DNA of 64,000 nt from Nitrospirota bacterium (GTDB lineage: Bacteria > Nitrospirota > Thermodesulfovibrionia > Thermodesulfovibrionales > Dissulfurispiraceae): contig CAVPZX010000003.1 of NCBI GenBank assembly GCA_963710375.1, positions 352,001 through 416,000 on the forward strand, given 5' to 3'. The position numbers and the translations under genes are program-made. The first letter of the stretch is position 1, and every line of letters starts with the position of its first letter. Under the pieces are notes generated by a model. It was not told the DNA's origin, ran no database searches, and saw only the letters and a program-made list of their open reading frames with translations. This document shows positions 21,661 to 31,609 of the stretch, piece by piece.

Positions 21661-22530
21661 TTACCTTTCACAAAGAGGGAAGCCCTTCTCCTCACGCTGC
21701 TTAAGATATGCTTCGGCGCAGAGCTTGGCAAGTGCCCTCACCCGCGCAATATAGCCTGTCCGTTCCGTCACCGACAAGACCCCGCGTGCATCGAGGAGAT
21801 TAAAGGCATGGGAGCATTTGAGGCAGAATTCATATGACGGAAGCACCAGTCCCAGCTCATTCATTTTTTTTGACTCACTTTCGTATGCATCGAACTGTTT
21901 CACGAGTAGATCGGTATTGGCAAAGTCGAAATTGAATTTTGAGAACTCGATCTCTCCCTGCTTATGAATCTCTCCGTATTTCATTCCTTTACACCACTCA
22001 ATATCAAATAGATTATCGACGCCCTGCAGGTACATTGCGATCCTCTCAAGACCGTAGGTGATTTCGAGAGATACCGGCTTGACATCAATGCCTCCGACCT
22101 GCTGGAAGTAGGTAAACTGGGTGATTTCCATACTGTCGAGCCATATTTCCCATCCAAGACCCCATGCCCCCAGCGTCGGAGATTCCCAATCATCTTCGAC
22201 AAAACGGATATCGTGCCTGATAGGATCAATTCCGATATGCGCCATGCTTTCTAGGTACAAATCCTGGCTTTCCATAGGAGAGGGCTTAATGATCACCTGA
22301 TACTGATAATACTGCTGCAGTCTGTTGGGGTTTTCTCCGTAGCGGCCGTCAGTCGGGCGTCTGCAGGGCTCGACATACGCTGTCTTCCACGGTTCGGGGC
22401 CCAGGACTCTGAAAAATGTTGCAGTATGAAAAGTGCCTGCCCCAACTTCCGTATCATAAGGCTGGAGAAGGACACAACCCTTCTTAGCCCAGAAATCATT
22501 CAAAGATGCAATTAAATCCTGAAAATACAT
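21661..22530 (-). CDS. glyQ: Glycine-tRNA ligase alpha subunit
   Basis: [28 protein letters not shown]; start placed at MYFQD. Confidence 0.97.
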   Translation of the reverse strand: MYFQDLIASLNDFWAKKGCVLLQPYDTEVGAGTFHTATFFRVLGPEPWKTAYVEPCRRPTDGRYGENPNRLQQYYQYQVIIKPSPMESQDLYLESMAHIGIDPIRHDIRFVEDDWESPTLGAWGLGWEIWLDSMEITQFTYFQQVGGIDVKPVSLEITYGLERIAMYLQGVDNLFDIEWCKGMKYGEIHKQGEIEFSKFNFDFANTDLLVKQFDAYESESKKMNELGLVLPSYEFCLKCSHAFNLLDARGVLSVTERTGYIARVRALAKLCAEAYLKQREEKGFPLCER

Positions 22531-22554
22531 TGACCTCTCGCGATTATGATTGAA

Positions 22555-22635
22555 GACTCCCTGCGGCAAGAGCGCAGGGAGTTTTACTGACCTCTGTGCC
22601 CGACCACGTGGGGAATACGTCCGCTATCAATTTAA
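22555..22635. repeat. Hairpin-containing intergenic element upstream of glyQ, possibly a mobile-element remnant
   Basis: Stem-loop actccctgcg-gcaagag-cgcagggagt followed by tttt. Confidence 0.35.
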
Positions 22636-22706
22636 ATTTGAATGTACATATTATAAGAAAGGCAAATCCTTTGTCAAACGAAGGATGGGTCAGGAGTGGT
22701 CCGGTT

Positions 22707-24356
22707 TCACACCTTGAACCTTCCCACGAGCCGCTGGAGCATCAGGGAGAGTTCAGCAAGGTCCGACGCAGACTGTGCTATTTGCCCGGAGGTTGACAAT
22801 GTATCTTTTGACACCGATGCTATAGTTTCGATATCTCCGCTTATCACTTCCGAGGTCGTCAACATCTCCTCTGTTGCAGACGCTATCTGCTGTACCATTG
22901 TCTGGAGACCCTGTACACTGCTTACTATGCTGTGAAGTGCGTCACCGGCCTTAGTGGCAAAATCGACACCTACGACAACTCTTTTTGTGCCGTCGCTCAT
23001 ATTCAGGACAGCTTTTTCGACTTCATGCTGGATAGCCGTAATCATGGATCCTATTTCCGTCGTAGCCTTAGACGTCCTTTCGGCCAGTTTTCTAACCTCA
23101 TCCGCCACCACCGCAAATCCTCTGCCCTGGTCGCCCGCTCTCGCAGCCTCGATTGCTGCATTCAAGGCCAGAAGATTTGTCTGATCAGCTATGTCCTTAA
23201 TCACATCGACGATATCCCCTATCTGTTTTGAGCGCTCGCCAAGTGAGCTCATGAGTTCGGCAGATTCGTTAACTGTATCGGCGATAGCTTTTACCTCCTG
23301 GATCGACCTATCTACTATATTTTCGCCCTCTTGAGCTATGACGGTGGTTTCCGCTGCCGAGGTTGACATGGCAGAAGCATTTTTTGCGATATCCACGACC
23401 GTCTGCGACATCTCCTCCGCAGAGGTCGCTATTTGGGAGGACCTGTTGGACTGCTCTGCAACTCCCTTTGACATCTGTTCCGAATTCGCGCTCAACTCCT
23501 GACTTGAAGACGCCAGATTATCAGCGGCGGCCTTGGTTTCAGTAAGCACTTCCTTAAGCTTCCCGCCCATGTTTTTTATGGCTTCCATAAGCTTGCCTAT
23601 CTCATCATTAGAGGTCACATCCACATGCTGCAACAGATCACCTTCGGCAATCTTTGTAGTGACCTCGATCGCTTCCAGCACCGGTCTTATGATAGCCCTC
23701 CGTACAAGAAGACTTACCAGCAACGATAATACTACGGATACAGCTATTACACTTATAAAAATAATAATGGTAAAATTAAAGTCCTTGATAGAATAGTCGT
23801 ACCGGTCTTTGCTCAGTTTCTTCTCCAGACCGATCAAACCCTCCATACTCTTGTGGAGAGCCACATATTTATCGTTCGCCGTCTCCATGAACATGGTTGC
23901 CATATTCAGATCGGAACTCGCCAAATCAATTTCCGATAGGGCGGCTTTCTTATACTCCGAAAAGTCTCCTACAACGGTCTGGTAAGCTTTTTTTTCTTCC
24001 TGGTCAAACCCCTGAAACCGGAGCGTCCTTTTTATAGCCTCCTCAGATTTGTTAAGAACAGCCACCTGTTCTTTTCCTAGCGCCTCGATCTTCTTATCAT
24101 CATATTTAGCATTGGCCCAGGTTATGAGCTTGTACAAATTAGCTTGTACATTGACGATATCCGCAACTAAATCCGTGCTTGATTGAAAGATAGCAAACCG
24201 GTTATTGAAAATGTCGTTGATGGCTGATTTTTGATTGCTGAGGCTCACATACGATACGCCACCAAGAATAAGCAGAAAGATCATAGCAACTGCCGGAGCT
24301 ACGAGTAATTTTTTCGATAGTGCCAGACTATAGAATAGTTTCTTCACTACTTCCAC
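22707..24356 (-). CDS. Methyl-accepting chemotaxis protein (four-helix-bundle-type sensor, HAMP)
   Basis: [35 protein letters not shown]; two TM segments. Confidence 0.96.
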   Translation of the reverse strand: MEVVKKLFYSLALSKKLLVAPAVAMIFLLILGGVSYVSLSNQKSAINDIFNNRFAIFQSSTDLVADIVNVQANLYKLITWANAKYDDKKIEALGKEQVAVLNKSEEAIKRTLRFQGFDQEEKKAYQTVVGDFSEYKKAALSEIDLASSDLNMATMFMETANDKYVALHKSMEGLIGLEKKLSKDRYDYSIKDFNFTIIIFISVIAVSVVLSLLVSLLVRRAIIRPVLEAIEVTTKIAEGDLLQHVDVTSNDEIGKLMEAIKNMGGKLKEVLTETKAAADNLASSSQELSANSEQMSKGVAEQSNRSSQIATSAEEMSQTVVDIAKNASAMSTSAAETTVIAQEGENIVDRSIQEVKAIADTVNESAELMSSLGERSKQIGDIVDVIKDIADQTNLLALNAAIEAARAGDQGRGFAVVADEVRKLAERTSKATTEIGSMITAIQHEVEKAVLNMSDGTKRVVVGVDFATKAGDALHSIVSSVQGLQTMVQQIASATEEMLTTSEVISGDIETIASVSKDTLSTSGQIAQSASDLAELSLMLQRLVGRFKV

Positions 24357-24363
24357 CCCTTAT

Positions 24364-24822
24364 CTATTTATATGCGCCGCAACAAACGATCATGTCCTCG
24401 TATTTCTCGATATAGACTATCTTGGGTTCGATCTTTTTTGTGACAGGGTTGGTAAACTTATACTCCTGCCAGCCTTTGCCTTTAGTTTTGGCAAGTTCTA
24501 TCCTCTCTTTTACGAAGGGCACTCCGTCAGGATCTTTCATGTCTATGAAGTTTTTGCCGACCATCTTCTGGTTGGCCCCGTGGGCAAGGGTCGTTCCAGT
24601 CATGTCATAAACCATTACGTAAAGGTCCCTATCGACAAACTTCCCGTTCTTATTGTCGAACTCTGCAAAGGCCTTTTCCTTGCCGTGCTCTTTTATATAG
24701 GCGATGGCCTTCTTTACCATTGCCTCTGCTTCCGCCTTAGTGCCGTGTGCACCTGCGAACGCAACACTCGTTATGCCAACCAGAAAGAAAGCCATCAACG
24801 CAGCCACAAAAAACTTCTTCAT
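24364..24822 (-). CDS. Stand-alone secreted single Cache (sCache_2) domain protein
   Basis: Signal peptide; DLYVMVYD, AHG, KDPDG, GWQEYKFTNP, K..Y motifs. Confidence 0.85.
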   Translation of the reverse strand: MKKFFVAALMAFFLVGITSVAFAGAHGTKAEAEAMVKKAIAYIKEHGKEKAFAEFDNKNGKFVDRDLYVMVYDMTGTTLAHGANQKMVGKNFIDMKDPDGVPFVKERIELAKTKGKGWQEYKFTNPVTKKIEPKIVYIEKYEDMIVCCGAYK

Positions 24823-24905
24823 TTGTATCCTCCTCTTCTAAACAATTTTTTTTACCTGAATCTCTTTTAACCGCCACAAAACTTCCTTAATCGATTTACT
24901 GGTGC

Positions 24906-24922
24906 AGCAAAGAATATGCCAA
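24906..24922 (-). promoter_or_regulatory. Sigma54 (-24/-12) promoter for the Cache-MCP operon
   Basis: Minus strand reads TTGGCATATTCTTTGCT, matching TGGCAC-N5-TTGCW. Confidence 0.75.
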
Positions 24923-25085
24923 GCGAGACAATGTACTATCTTCTTGGTTTGTCGGGATTTCTGAAGAATATTATACAGAATTGATATGGATTAATTCCAA
25001 TGTCCGCGGAAAAATTACAAGATTCTTGCCTTTTTTTGACTTGCCAGATGAGTGAGAAAAGGATACATATAGTGTCCGGTTTTGA

Positions 25086-25114
25086 TTGACACTATGTAAT
25101 AAATGAAATATACT
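25086..25114 (+). promoter_or_regulatory. Sigma70 promoter for deaD
   Basis: TTGACA-N17-TATACT. Confidence 0.7.
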
Positions 25115-25147
25115 AATCAATCTATTCGAATTTAATTAATCCCTCAA

Positions 25148-25327
25148 GGGCTCGCGAATAAATAACTTGTGCATTCAGGCGCTCAGATTTGGGTCAGATT
25201 TGGCTGATCTGACTGAGCAAAACCGCAGGCGTAGCATCGCTACGTTGAGGATTTTGCGACTGAGGATCCGGCAAAGATGGCCTAAATCTGAGATGCATCA
25301 ATGTGCAAGTTATTTATTCGCGAGCCC
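25148..25327 (+). mobile_element. 180-bp MITE, full copy 1, in the deaD 5' leader
   Basis: TIR GGGCTCGCGAATAAATAACTTG / CAAGTTATTTATTCGCGAGCCC, flanked by CAA / TAA; second copy at 35043. Confidence 0.92.
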
Positions 25328-25379
25328 TAATAGGCCCTGAGGTTTTTTTTTGTGACGGAAAAAAGGAGAGGTACCCGGA

Positions 25380-26933
25380 ATGAGATTTGAAGATTTTGGA
25401 TTATCAAAAGAAACGATGCGGGCTATATCTGAGATCGGGTTTGAAGAGCCGACTCCTATACAGGCGTCTGTTATTCCGCTGATTATGGGTGGAGCTGACA
25501 TTATCGGGCAGGCCCAGACCGGCACGGGCAAAACTGCCGCATTCGGCATTCCCATAGTTGAAATGTGCAAAAAAAGCGAGCATCCATTTGCCATCATACT
25601 GGAGCCGACGAGAGAGCTCGCTGTTCAGGTTGCTCTGGAGATTGACCGAATTGGAAGCCGCAAACGGGTCAGGGTGCTTGCGGTATACGGCGGGCAGTCC
25701 ATCGAAAACCAGATAAAGGCATTAAAACACGGCGTCGATGTTGTCGTCGGCACGCCGGGGCGGATCATTGACCATCTGAACAGGAAGACTCTCTCTTTAT
25801 CGGCAATCAAGATTTTGGTGCTTGACGAGGCTGATGAAATGCTGAACATGGGATTCATAGATGACATAGAGATTATTCTCAACAAAATTCCCGAGGCAAG
25901 GCAAACAATGCTTTTCTCTGCGACAATCCCACAGCCTATTATGAGCATCGCCAGGAAGCATATGAAGGAGCCCGAAAAGATACGCATCAATCCCAAGGAT
26001 GTTGTCATACCTCAGATCAAACAGGTGTTTTATGAGGTTCGTGAAGGGGACAAACTCAACGCGCTTTCCAGGCTCCTTGATGTCGAAAACCCGCAATTGG
26101 CGATCGTATTTTGCCACACAAAACGCGAGGTCGATGAAGTTTCCATGAAACTAGGACAACTTGGCTATAATGCAAGCGCACTGCACGGTGATTTTACGCA
26201 GGCCCGCAGGGATGAGGTGATGTATAAGTTCAGGGAAGGCATGCTTGATATACTCGTTGCTACCGACGTAGCGGCAAGGGGACTCGATATAAAAAATGTT
26301 TCCCATGTTATCAACTTCAACATTCCGCAAAATCCCGACAGCTACGTACACCGCATCGGCAGGACAGGCAGGGCCGGAAAGTCCGGGATAGCTATAACGT
26401 TTGTTACTCCGCGGGAGTATCGTCATTTGCGGCTTATTGAGCAGACCGCAAAAACAGTCATAGATAAAAAAAGATTGCCGTCTGCTGACGATGTCCTCAA
26501 AGCAAGGGAGCTGAATATCCTGAAAGACGTTGCCGGTATAATCGAGGCCGGCAGCCATACCCGTTATATGCATACCGTCAAAAGCCTCTCCGAGCGCCAC
26601 AGTTTTGCAGATATTGCTGCAGCGGCCTTTTTCGTTGCCTATGGAGAAATTAAAGAACAGGCTCCAGGGGAACAGGCTGAAACTAAAGGGATGGTGCGCC
26701 TCTTTATGACAATAGGAAGAAAGGACAAGATAAAGGTTGCCGACATTGTGAAATCAATAGCCTCCGAAGCCAACATCCCCTACAGCAAGATAGGCAACAT
26801 TGATGTCCTCGAAAAGTTTACCTTTGTGGAAGTGCCGGCCGAACTCGCAGACCGCGTGATACGCTCGGTGGATGACATGATCATGAAAGGGAAAAGGGTC
26901 AAGATACAAGAAGCTAAAGCAAGACCTGCATAG
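25380..26933 (+). CDS. deaD: DEAD-box RNA helicase with DbpA-type RNA-binding domain
   Basis: AQTGTGKT, PTRELA, DEAD, SAT, HRIGRTGRAG. Confidence 0.93.
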   Translation: MRFEDFGLSKETMRAISEIGFEEPTPIQASVIPLIMGGADIIGQAQTGTGKTAAFGIPIVEMCKKSEHPFAIILEPTRELAVQVALEIDRIGSRKRVRVLAVYGGQSIENQIKALKHGVDVVVGTPGRIIDHLNRKTLSLSAIKILVLDEADEMLNMGFIDDIEIILNKIPEARQTMLFSATIPQPIMSIARKHMKEPEKIRINPKDVVIPQIKQVFYEVREGDKLNALSRLLDVENPQLAIVFCHTKREVDEVSMKLGQLGYNASALHGDFTQARRDEVMYKFREGMLDILVATDVAARGLDIKNVSHVINFNIPQNPDSYVHRIGRTGRAGKSGIAITFVTPREYRHLRLIEQTAKTVIDKKRLPSADDVLKARELNILKDVAGIIEAGSHTRYMHTVKSLSERHSFADIAAAAFFVAYGEIKEQAPGEQAETKGMVRLFMTIGRKDKIKVADIVKSIASEANIPYSKIGNIDVLEKFTFVEVPAELADRVIRSVDDMIMKGKRVKIQEAKARPA

Positions 26934-26940
26934 GAGGCGT

Positions 26941-27022
26941 AAGTCAAGGGTAAGACTAAGGTTTAGGAAATGATCAAGATAATAAATTTGTGGACTATAC
27001 TCAACCTTAACCTCAACCTGAC
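26941..27022. repeat. Hairpin of inverted hexamer repeats
   Basis: aagtcaagggtaagactaaggttt ... ctcaaccttaacctcaacctgac. Confidence 0.7.
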
Positions 27023-27031
27023 TTAGAGTTT

Positions 27032-27199
27032 ATGCAAGTAAGGTGTCCGATATGCAAGAAAAAGACAACGTGGGAAGAAAATCCGTATAAGCCGTTCTGT
27101 TCTGAACGGTGTAAAATGATAGACCTCGGCAAGTGGGCTTCAGATGAGTACAAAGTTCCGGGTGAGGATACTGAAAACGATAAGAAAAAAACAGAATAA
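27032..27199 (+). CDS. yacG: DNA gyrase inhibitor YacG (55 aa, absent from the ORF track)
   Basis: Hand translation MQVRCPICKK...PFCSERCKMIDLGKWASDEYKVPG. Confidence 0.93.
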   Translation: MQVRCPICKKKTTWEENPYKPFCSERCKMIDLGKWASDEYKVPGEDTENDKKKTE

Positions 27200-27208
27200 A
27201 GTATGAAA

Positions 27209-27338
27209 CCACGGAGACACGGTGACACTGAGAATAGGATAAGGTTAAGGCTAAGGCTGAGGTCAAGAAAGGATAAAATAGTTAATCTTAACCTTAACCT
27301 AAACCTCAACCTTTCTTTTTAATGCTGTGTCTCTGTGG
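27209..27338. repeat. Nested repeat hairpin: 9-mer arms enclosing hexamer arms
   Basis: ccacggagacac ... aaggttaaggctaaggctgagg ... cttaaccttaacctaaacctcaacc ... gtgtctctgtgg. Confidence 0.8.
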
Positions 27339-27363
27339 TTAATTTTGCATAGGGGGATGACCA

Positions 27364-28167
27364 ATGAAGAGGATCATAGTAGCCGGTGCAACAGGAAGGA
27401 TGGGGAGCAGGATTGCGGCGCTTTCTAAAGAATATCCCGATCTGCAGCTTTGCGGAGCCCTCGAAATAAAAGGGAGCAAAGATGTAGGCTCTGATATTGG
27501 CCTGCGGCTCGGCATAGGGGAAACAAAAGTGCTTATCAGCGATGCCCTCGAAAATATAATAAGTGACGGAGACGTGGTTATTGACTTTACTGTTCCAGCC
27601 TCAACACTGCAAAATGCAAAAATTGCCTCCAGGAGTGGGAAAGCAGTGGTTATCGGCACTACCGGATTTTCCAAGGATCAGATTGAAGTTTTACGCAGTT
27701 TGTCCGGAGAAATCCCTCTGGTCATGGCCCCTAATATGAGTGTCGGAGTAAATTTATTGTTTAAAGTTCTGAAGGATGTCGCACGGGTGTTAGGCGACGA
27801 TTATGATATTGAGATCATTGAGGCCCACCACCGCATGAAAAAAGATGCACCAAGCGGAACCGCTCTTAAAATGGCTCAGGTCATTGCTGATGCGTTACAG
27901 AGAAATCTTGATGAGGTTGGCGTATATGCCAGAAAAGGGATAATCGGCGAGCGTACAAAGCAGGAGATAGGCATTCAGACTGTCAGGGCAGGAGATATTG
28001 TGGGCGAACATACGGTGCTTTTCGGAGGCCTTGGCGAAAGGATAGAGATCACTCATAAGGCATCCAGCAGAGATACTTTTGCCCGCGGGGCACTGAGAGC
28101 CGCAATGTGGGTAGCTGACAGAAAACCTGGTCTGTATGACATGCAGGATGTGCTGGGACTAAAATAG
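27364..28167 (+). CDS. dapB: 4-hydroxy-tetrahydrodipicolinate reductase
   Basis: GATGRMG, IDFT, GTTG, EAHHRMKKDAPSGTA. Confidence 0.97.
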   Translation: MKRIIVAGATGRMGSRIAALSKEYPDLQLCGALEIKGSKDVGSDIGLRLGIGETKVLISDALENIISDGDVVIDFTVPASTLQNAKIASRSGKAVVIGTTGFSKDQIEVLRSLSGEIPLVMAPNMSVGVNLLFKVLKDVARVLGDDYDIEIIEAHHRMKKDAPSGTALKMAQVIADALQRNLDEVGVYARKGIIGERTKQEIGIQTVRAGDIVGEHTVLFGGLGERIEITHKASSRDTFARGALRAAMWVADRKPGLYDMQDVLGLK

Positions 28168-28263
28168 AAGTTGAGAAGTTGAGAGGATGTGAAGTTGTGA
28201 CAAATAAAGAAAACCTGCCCCTTTTCGTTGCACACCCTCTCACCTTCACAACTTCTCAACTTC
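28168..28263. repeat. Hairpin of inverted octamer repeats (GAAGTTGA-like) between convergent genes
   Basis: aagttgagaagttgagaggatgtgaagttgtga ... tcaccttcacaacttctcaactt. Confidence 0.8.
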
Positions 28264-28292
28264 AAAACTTGACACTCGGCTCCCGACGGTCT

Positions 28293-28454
28293 TTATGCTG
28301 CCTTCTCGAACAAGTCTTTGGTTGCACCGCAAATAGGGCACACCCAGCTGTCGGGGATATCATCGAAAGATGTTCCGGGGGCGATTCCCGAATCCGGGTC
28401 TCCAAATTCGGGTTCATACACATATCCGCATACAGTGCACTTCCACTTTTCCAT
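28293..28454 (-). CDS. Rubredoxin (53 aa, absent from the ORF track)
   Basis: Hand translation [63 protein letters not shown]. Confidence 0.96.
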   Translation of the reverse strand: MEKWKCTVCGYVYEPEFGDPDSGIAPGTSFDDIPDSWVCPICGATKDLFEKAA

Positions 28455-28476
28455 AAGTCCTCCTTTTTTTCAGCCG

Positions 28477-29766
28477 CTATGTGTCAATTATTTCCATCTT
28501 TACTTTTGCGATCCTCTGTGCTACCATCTCGATTATCCTGAAACGTTTATCTTCGAAATCGACCGTATCACCGGTTTTAGGTATTCGTTGCAGACTCATT
28601 ACAATAAATCCGCCAAGGGTCTCATACTCTGTTGATTCAGGAATAACTATATTGTAGTCTTCATTAAGGTCGCTGACGCTGATCGAGGCGTCGATAATCA
28701 TGGATCCGTCCTCAAGCAGGATAACCGGACTCTCGGTATCGTATTCGTCCCTGATCTCGCCGACTATTTCCTCCAGAAGGTCTTCCAGAGTGACAAGACC
28801 TGAAACAGCGCCATATTCATCTATGACAATTGCCATATGGACCCTTTTCCTCTGCATTTCTCTGAGGAGATTACTTATCTTCACGGTTTCCGGAATAAAT
28901 ATGGGCGGCTTGATTATCCTGTGAATGTTGATGCTGTCTGTCTTTGAAATCAGACTATAAAAATCTTTGGCATAAAGAATACCGCGAATGTCATTAATAT
29001 CTTTTCCTATGACCGGATATCGTGAAAACTTTTCTTCAAGAATGATTGTCTTTACTTCGTCGACCGTCATTGATATTCGGACGGTAACCATCTGGAGAGC
29101 GGGTATCATAACCTCTTTGACAGAGGTGTCGGTGAATTCAAACACGCTGTGGATAAGTTCTTTCTCCGCTGATTCGAAAACACCCTGTTCTCCACCTTCT
29201 TCTATAAGCAGTTTTACTTCCTCTTCGGATACGTATTCCCGTGCTGTAAATGCCTTTGTGTGAAAAGGCTTTAATATGATATTGGTGCTGGCAGTCAGGA
29301 TATTGACCAGGATATATGCGATCCTTGAGAACCTTTCGATCAGCGGCGCAACCCAGAGGCCGATAACTTCTGAATTTGCGAGCGCCAGAGATTTAGGGAT
29401 AAGTTCACCGAAGATAAGGAAGAAGAATGTTATGACGATAACAACAAACCCGATTGCAATGGCCTCGCTTGAAGCGGCAATAAACGGTATCGGGACTTCC
29501 TGTAGCAGGGGTTTCAGAATCTTCACTGCGGCAGCGCCTCCGATTGCGGATGCAAGGTCGGCAGTCAGGGTTATGCCTATCTGAATAGTGGCCAAAAAAC
29601 GGTCCGGTCTTCCCTTGAGTTTATAGAGGACGTCGGCATTTTTGTTGCCCTCATCCATTAGCTGCTTTATGCGGGTTCTTCTGCTGGTTACGACAGCAAT
29701 TTCAGAAGCTGCAAAAAAACCATTGATAATAATACAGAGCGCTATAAGGAAGAGTTCAAGCCACAT
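28477..29766 (-). CDS. CNNM/hemolysin-family protein (DUF21-CBS-CorC)
   Basis: FFAASEIA, FGELIPK, SRYPV, DEYG, EDLLEEIVGEI. Confidence 0.93.
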   Translation of the reverse strand: MWLELFLIALCIIINGFFAASEIAVVTSRRTRIKQLMDEGNKNADVLYKLKGRPDRFLATIQIGITLTADLASAIGGAAAVKILKPLLQEVPIPFIAASSEAIAIGFVVIVITFFFLIFGELIPKSLALANSEVIGLWVAPLIERFSRIAYILVNILTASTNIILKPFHTKAFTAREYVSEEEVKLLIEEGGEQGVFESAEKELIHSVFEFTDTSVKEVMIPALQMVTVRISMTVDEVKTIILEEKFSRYPVIGKDINDIRGILYAKDFYSLISKTDSINIHRIIKPPIFIPETVKISNLLREMQRKRVHMAIVIDEYGAVSGLVTLEDLLEEIVGEIRDEYDTESPVILLEDGSMIIDASISVSDLNEDYNIVIPESTEYETLGGFIVMSLQRIPKTGDTVDFEDKRFRIIEMVAQRIAKVKMEIIDT

Positions 29767-29836
29767 ACGGGATAATTATACCATAGCTGACAGCTGATAG
29801 CTCGTAGCTCATAGTCTTTTTATTAGCAATGAGCCA

Positions 29837-31072
29837 TCATGGGTTTACAGTAAGGATAGTCCTTACAACATCAGGATAATGTGCAATAAGCCTTAACTCA
29901 TCATCGGTGAGGGGTTTCTGTGTATGGAGGTTTGCATACTGCGCAAGTTCGAGTATCCTCCTGGCCTCGTTGTCATCATGGAATGCTATGCCGAGCTTCG
30001 AGTATACATGCCTGAACCCTTTAATGCCGCCATATTCACCGGTCGTAATGATTCTGCCCGTCTCGGTGAGTTCGGGTTCGCCTCTTCCCACGTCCTCAGG
30101 GTCGTACAATTCATAGTTTCTCTTGCCTTTCAAGATACCGTCGGCATGAATGCCTGATTCATGCGCAAAGGTGTTAGCGCCGACACCAGGCTGGTTGATA
30201 GGGATAGGGAGATTGAAGGCATAGGACGCATACTTCGCAATCTTCCAGGATTTTTTCAGATCTACATGCTCGTCCAGAGGCGCATTATCTTTCACGCCAT
30301 GTGAGTACTTTAGCGCCAGGACAGTGGATACAAGGTCACAGTTGCCTGCACGCTCACCGTAGCCATTGATCGTCGTATTGATGTAAGAGTCAACACCGGC
30401 ATCTATGGCGCCCCGCGCGCCCGCCACCGAGACGGCCTCCGCCATTCCAAGGTCGTTGTGGCAGTGCATTTCGACATGGAATTTTGTCGCAGTGGAAAGC
30501 GCTTTTATCCTCTCATATATAGTAATCGGGTCGTCTATGCCAAGAGTGTCGGAGTACCTGAATCTGTCCGCCCCCGACTCCTTGCCCATGAGTGAAAATT
30601 CGATGAGCCGGTCGAGTTTGGTCCTCGATGCATCCTCGGCAGTTACCCCTATCGTTTCAGCACCAAGTTCCCTGGCAAGCTTAAGCGATTCTGAAACCGT
30701 TTTTAAAATGTTCCCCCATGACTTCTTCCCCTGGAATTTCCCTTGCAGCATGACGTCGGAAGTCGGCATAGAGATGCTCAGATGTTTTATAGCGGGGCAA
30801 TTCTTAAAAGTGAGTTTTACGTCTTCGGGAATCGCACGGCACCAGCCTTCAAGGTGTAATCTTTTGATCGCTCCCTGCCTGGCCAGCAGGAGGTTCGCAT
30901 TAATATAGTTGATCTCATGTTTAAGAGTCGGGAACCCGATCTCGCTCTGATAGATGCCCATTTCGTCGAGATAAATATTCAGCATGGTCTTCGACAACTT
31001 TGGCAGAAGGATTCTTGATGTCTGGACGCCGTCCCTGTTAGTAACGTCTATGAGATAAACTTTGCCGCTCAT
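29837..31072 (-). CDS. DRE-TIM metallolyase (homocitrate / Re-citrate / isopropylmalate synthase family)
   Basis: DVTNRDGVQT, HCHNDLGMA, GERAGN, FAHESGIHADG; no LeuA regulatory domain. Confidence 0.85.
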   Translation of the reverse strand: MSGKVYLIDVTNRDGVQTSRILLPKLSKTMLNIYLDEMGIYQSEIGFPTLKHEINYINANLLLARQGAIKRLHLEGWCRAIPEDVKLTFKNCPAIKHLSISMPTSDVMLQGKFQGKKSWGNILKTVSESLKLARELGAETIGVTAEDASRTKLDRLIEFSLMGKESGADRFRYSDTLGIDDPITIYERIKALSTATKFHVEMHCHNDLGMAEAVSVAGARGAIDAGVDSYINTTINGYGERAGNCDLVSTVLALKYSHGVKDNAPLDEHVDLKKSWKIAKYASYAFNLPIPINQPGVGANTFAHESGIHADGILKGKRNYELYDPEDVGRGEPELTETGRIITTGEYGGIKGFRHVYSKLGIAFHDDNEARRILELAQYANLHTQKPLTDDELRLIAHYPDVVRTILTVNP

Positions 31073-31108
31073 GCGTTCCTTAAGGCAGAGAGGGACGTTG
31101 AGGTACGG

Positions 31109-31597
31109 TCATTTTTTACGGGCAATCTCACGGGCGATGGCAACTTTGCCGGTCCTTACGAATTCCTTTATCCCCATAGGTTTCATGATTTCGATAAATG
31201 CCTCTATCTTTTTCTCATCACCGGTAATCTCAATGGTATAGGTATTAATACTGGAATCAACCACTCTGCCCCTGAAGATTTCGGCTGTCCTCAGCACTTC
31301 AGCCTTGTTCTCCTGCCTGGGGGAGACTTTGATAAGCACCATTTCTCTTTCAACATGGTCCAGTTCGGTGAGGTCAGTGACCTTTATGACATCGATCAGT
31401 TTGTTGAGCTGTTTATTTATCTGCTCGATGATCCAATCGTCGCCTGAGGTGACAATTGTCATTATCGATACCTGGGGATCTATGGTCTCTGCAACTGAAA
31501 GGCTCTCAATATTATATCCACGACCGCTGAAGAGACCTGAAACTCTCGAAAGAACACCGAATTTATTTTCAACATGCACTGATATTGTGTGCCTCAT
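31109..31597 (-). CDS. ilvN: Acetolactate synthase small subunit
   Basis: ACT domain [25 protein letters not shown]. Confidence 0.96.
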   Translation of the reverse strand: MRHTISVHVENKFGVLSRVSGLFSGRGYNIESLSVAETIDPQVSIMTIVTSGDDWIIEQINKQLNKLIDVIKVTDLTELDHVEREMVLIKVSPRQENKAEVLRTAEIFRGRVVDSSINTYTIEITGDEKKIEAFIEIMKPMGIKEFVRTGKVAIAREIARKK

Positions 31598-31609
31598 GTA
31601 TTTTCCTCC

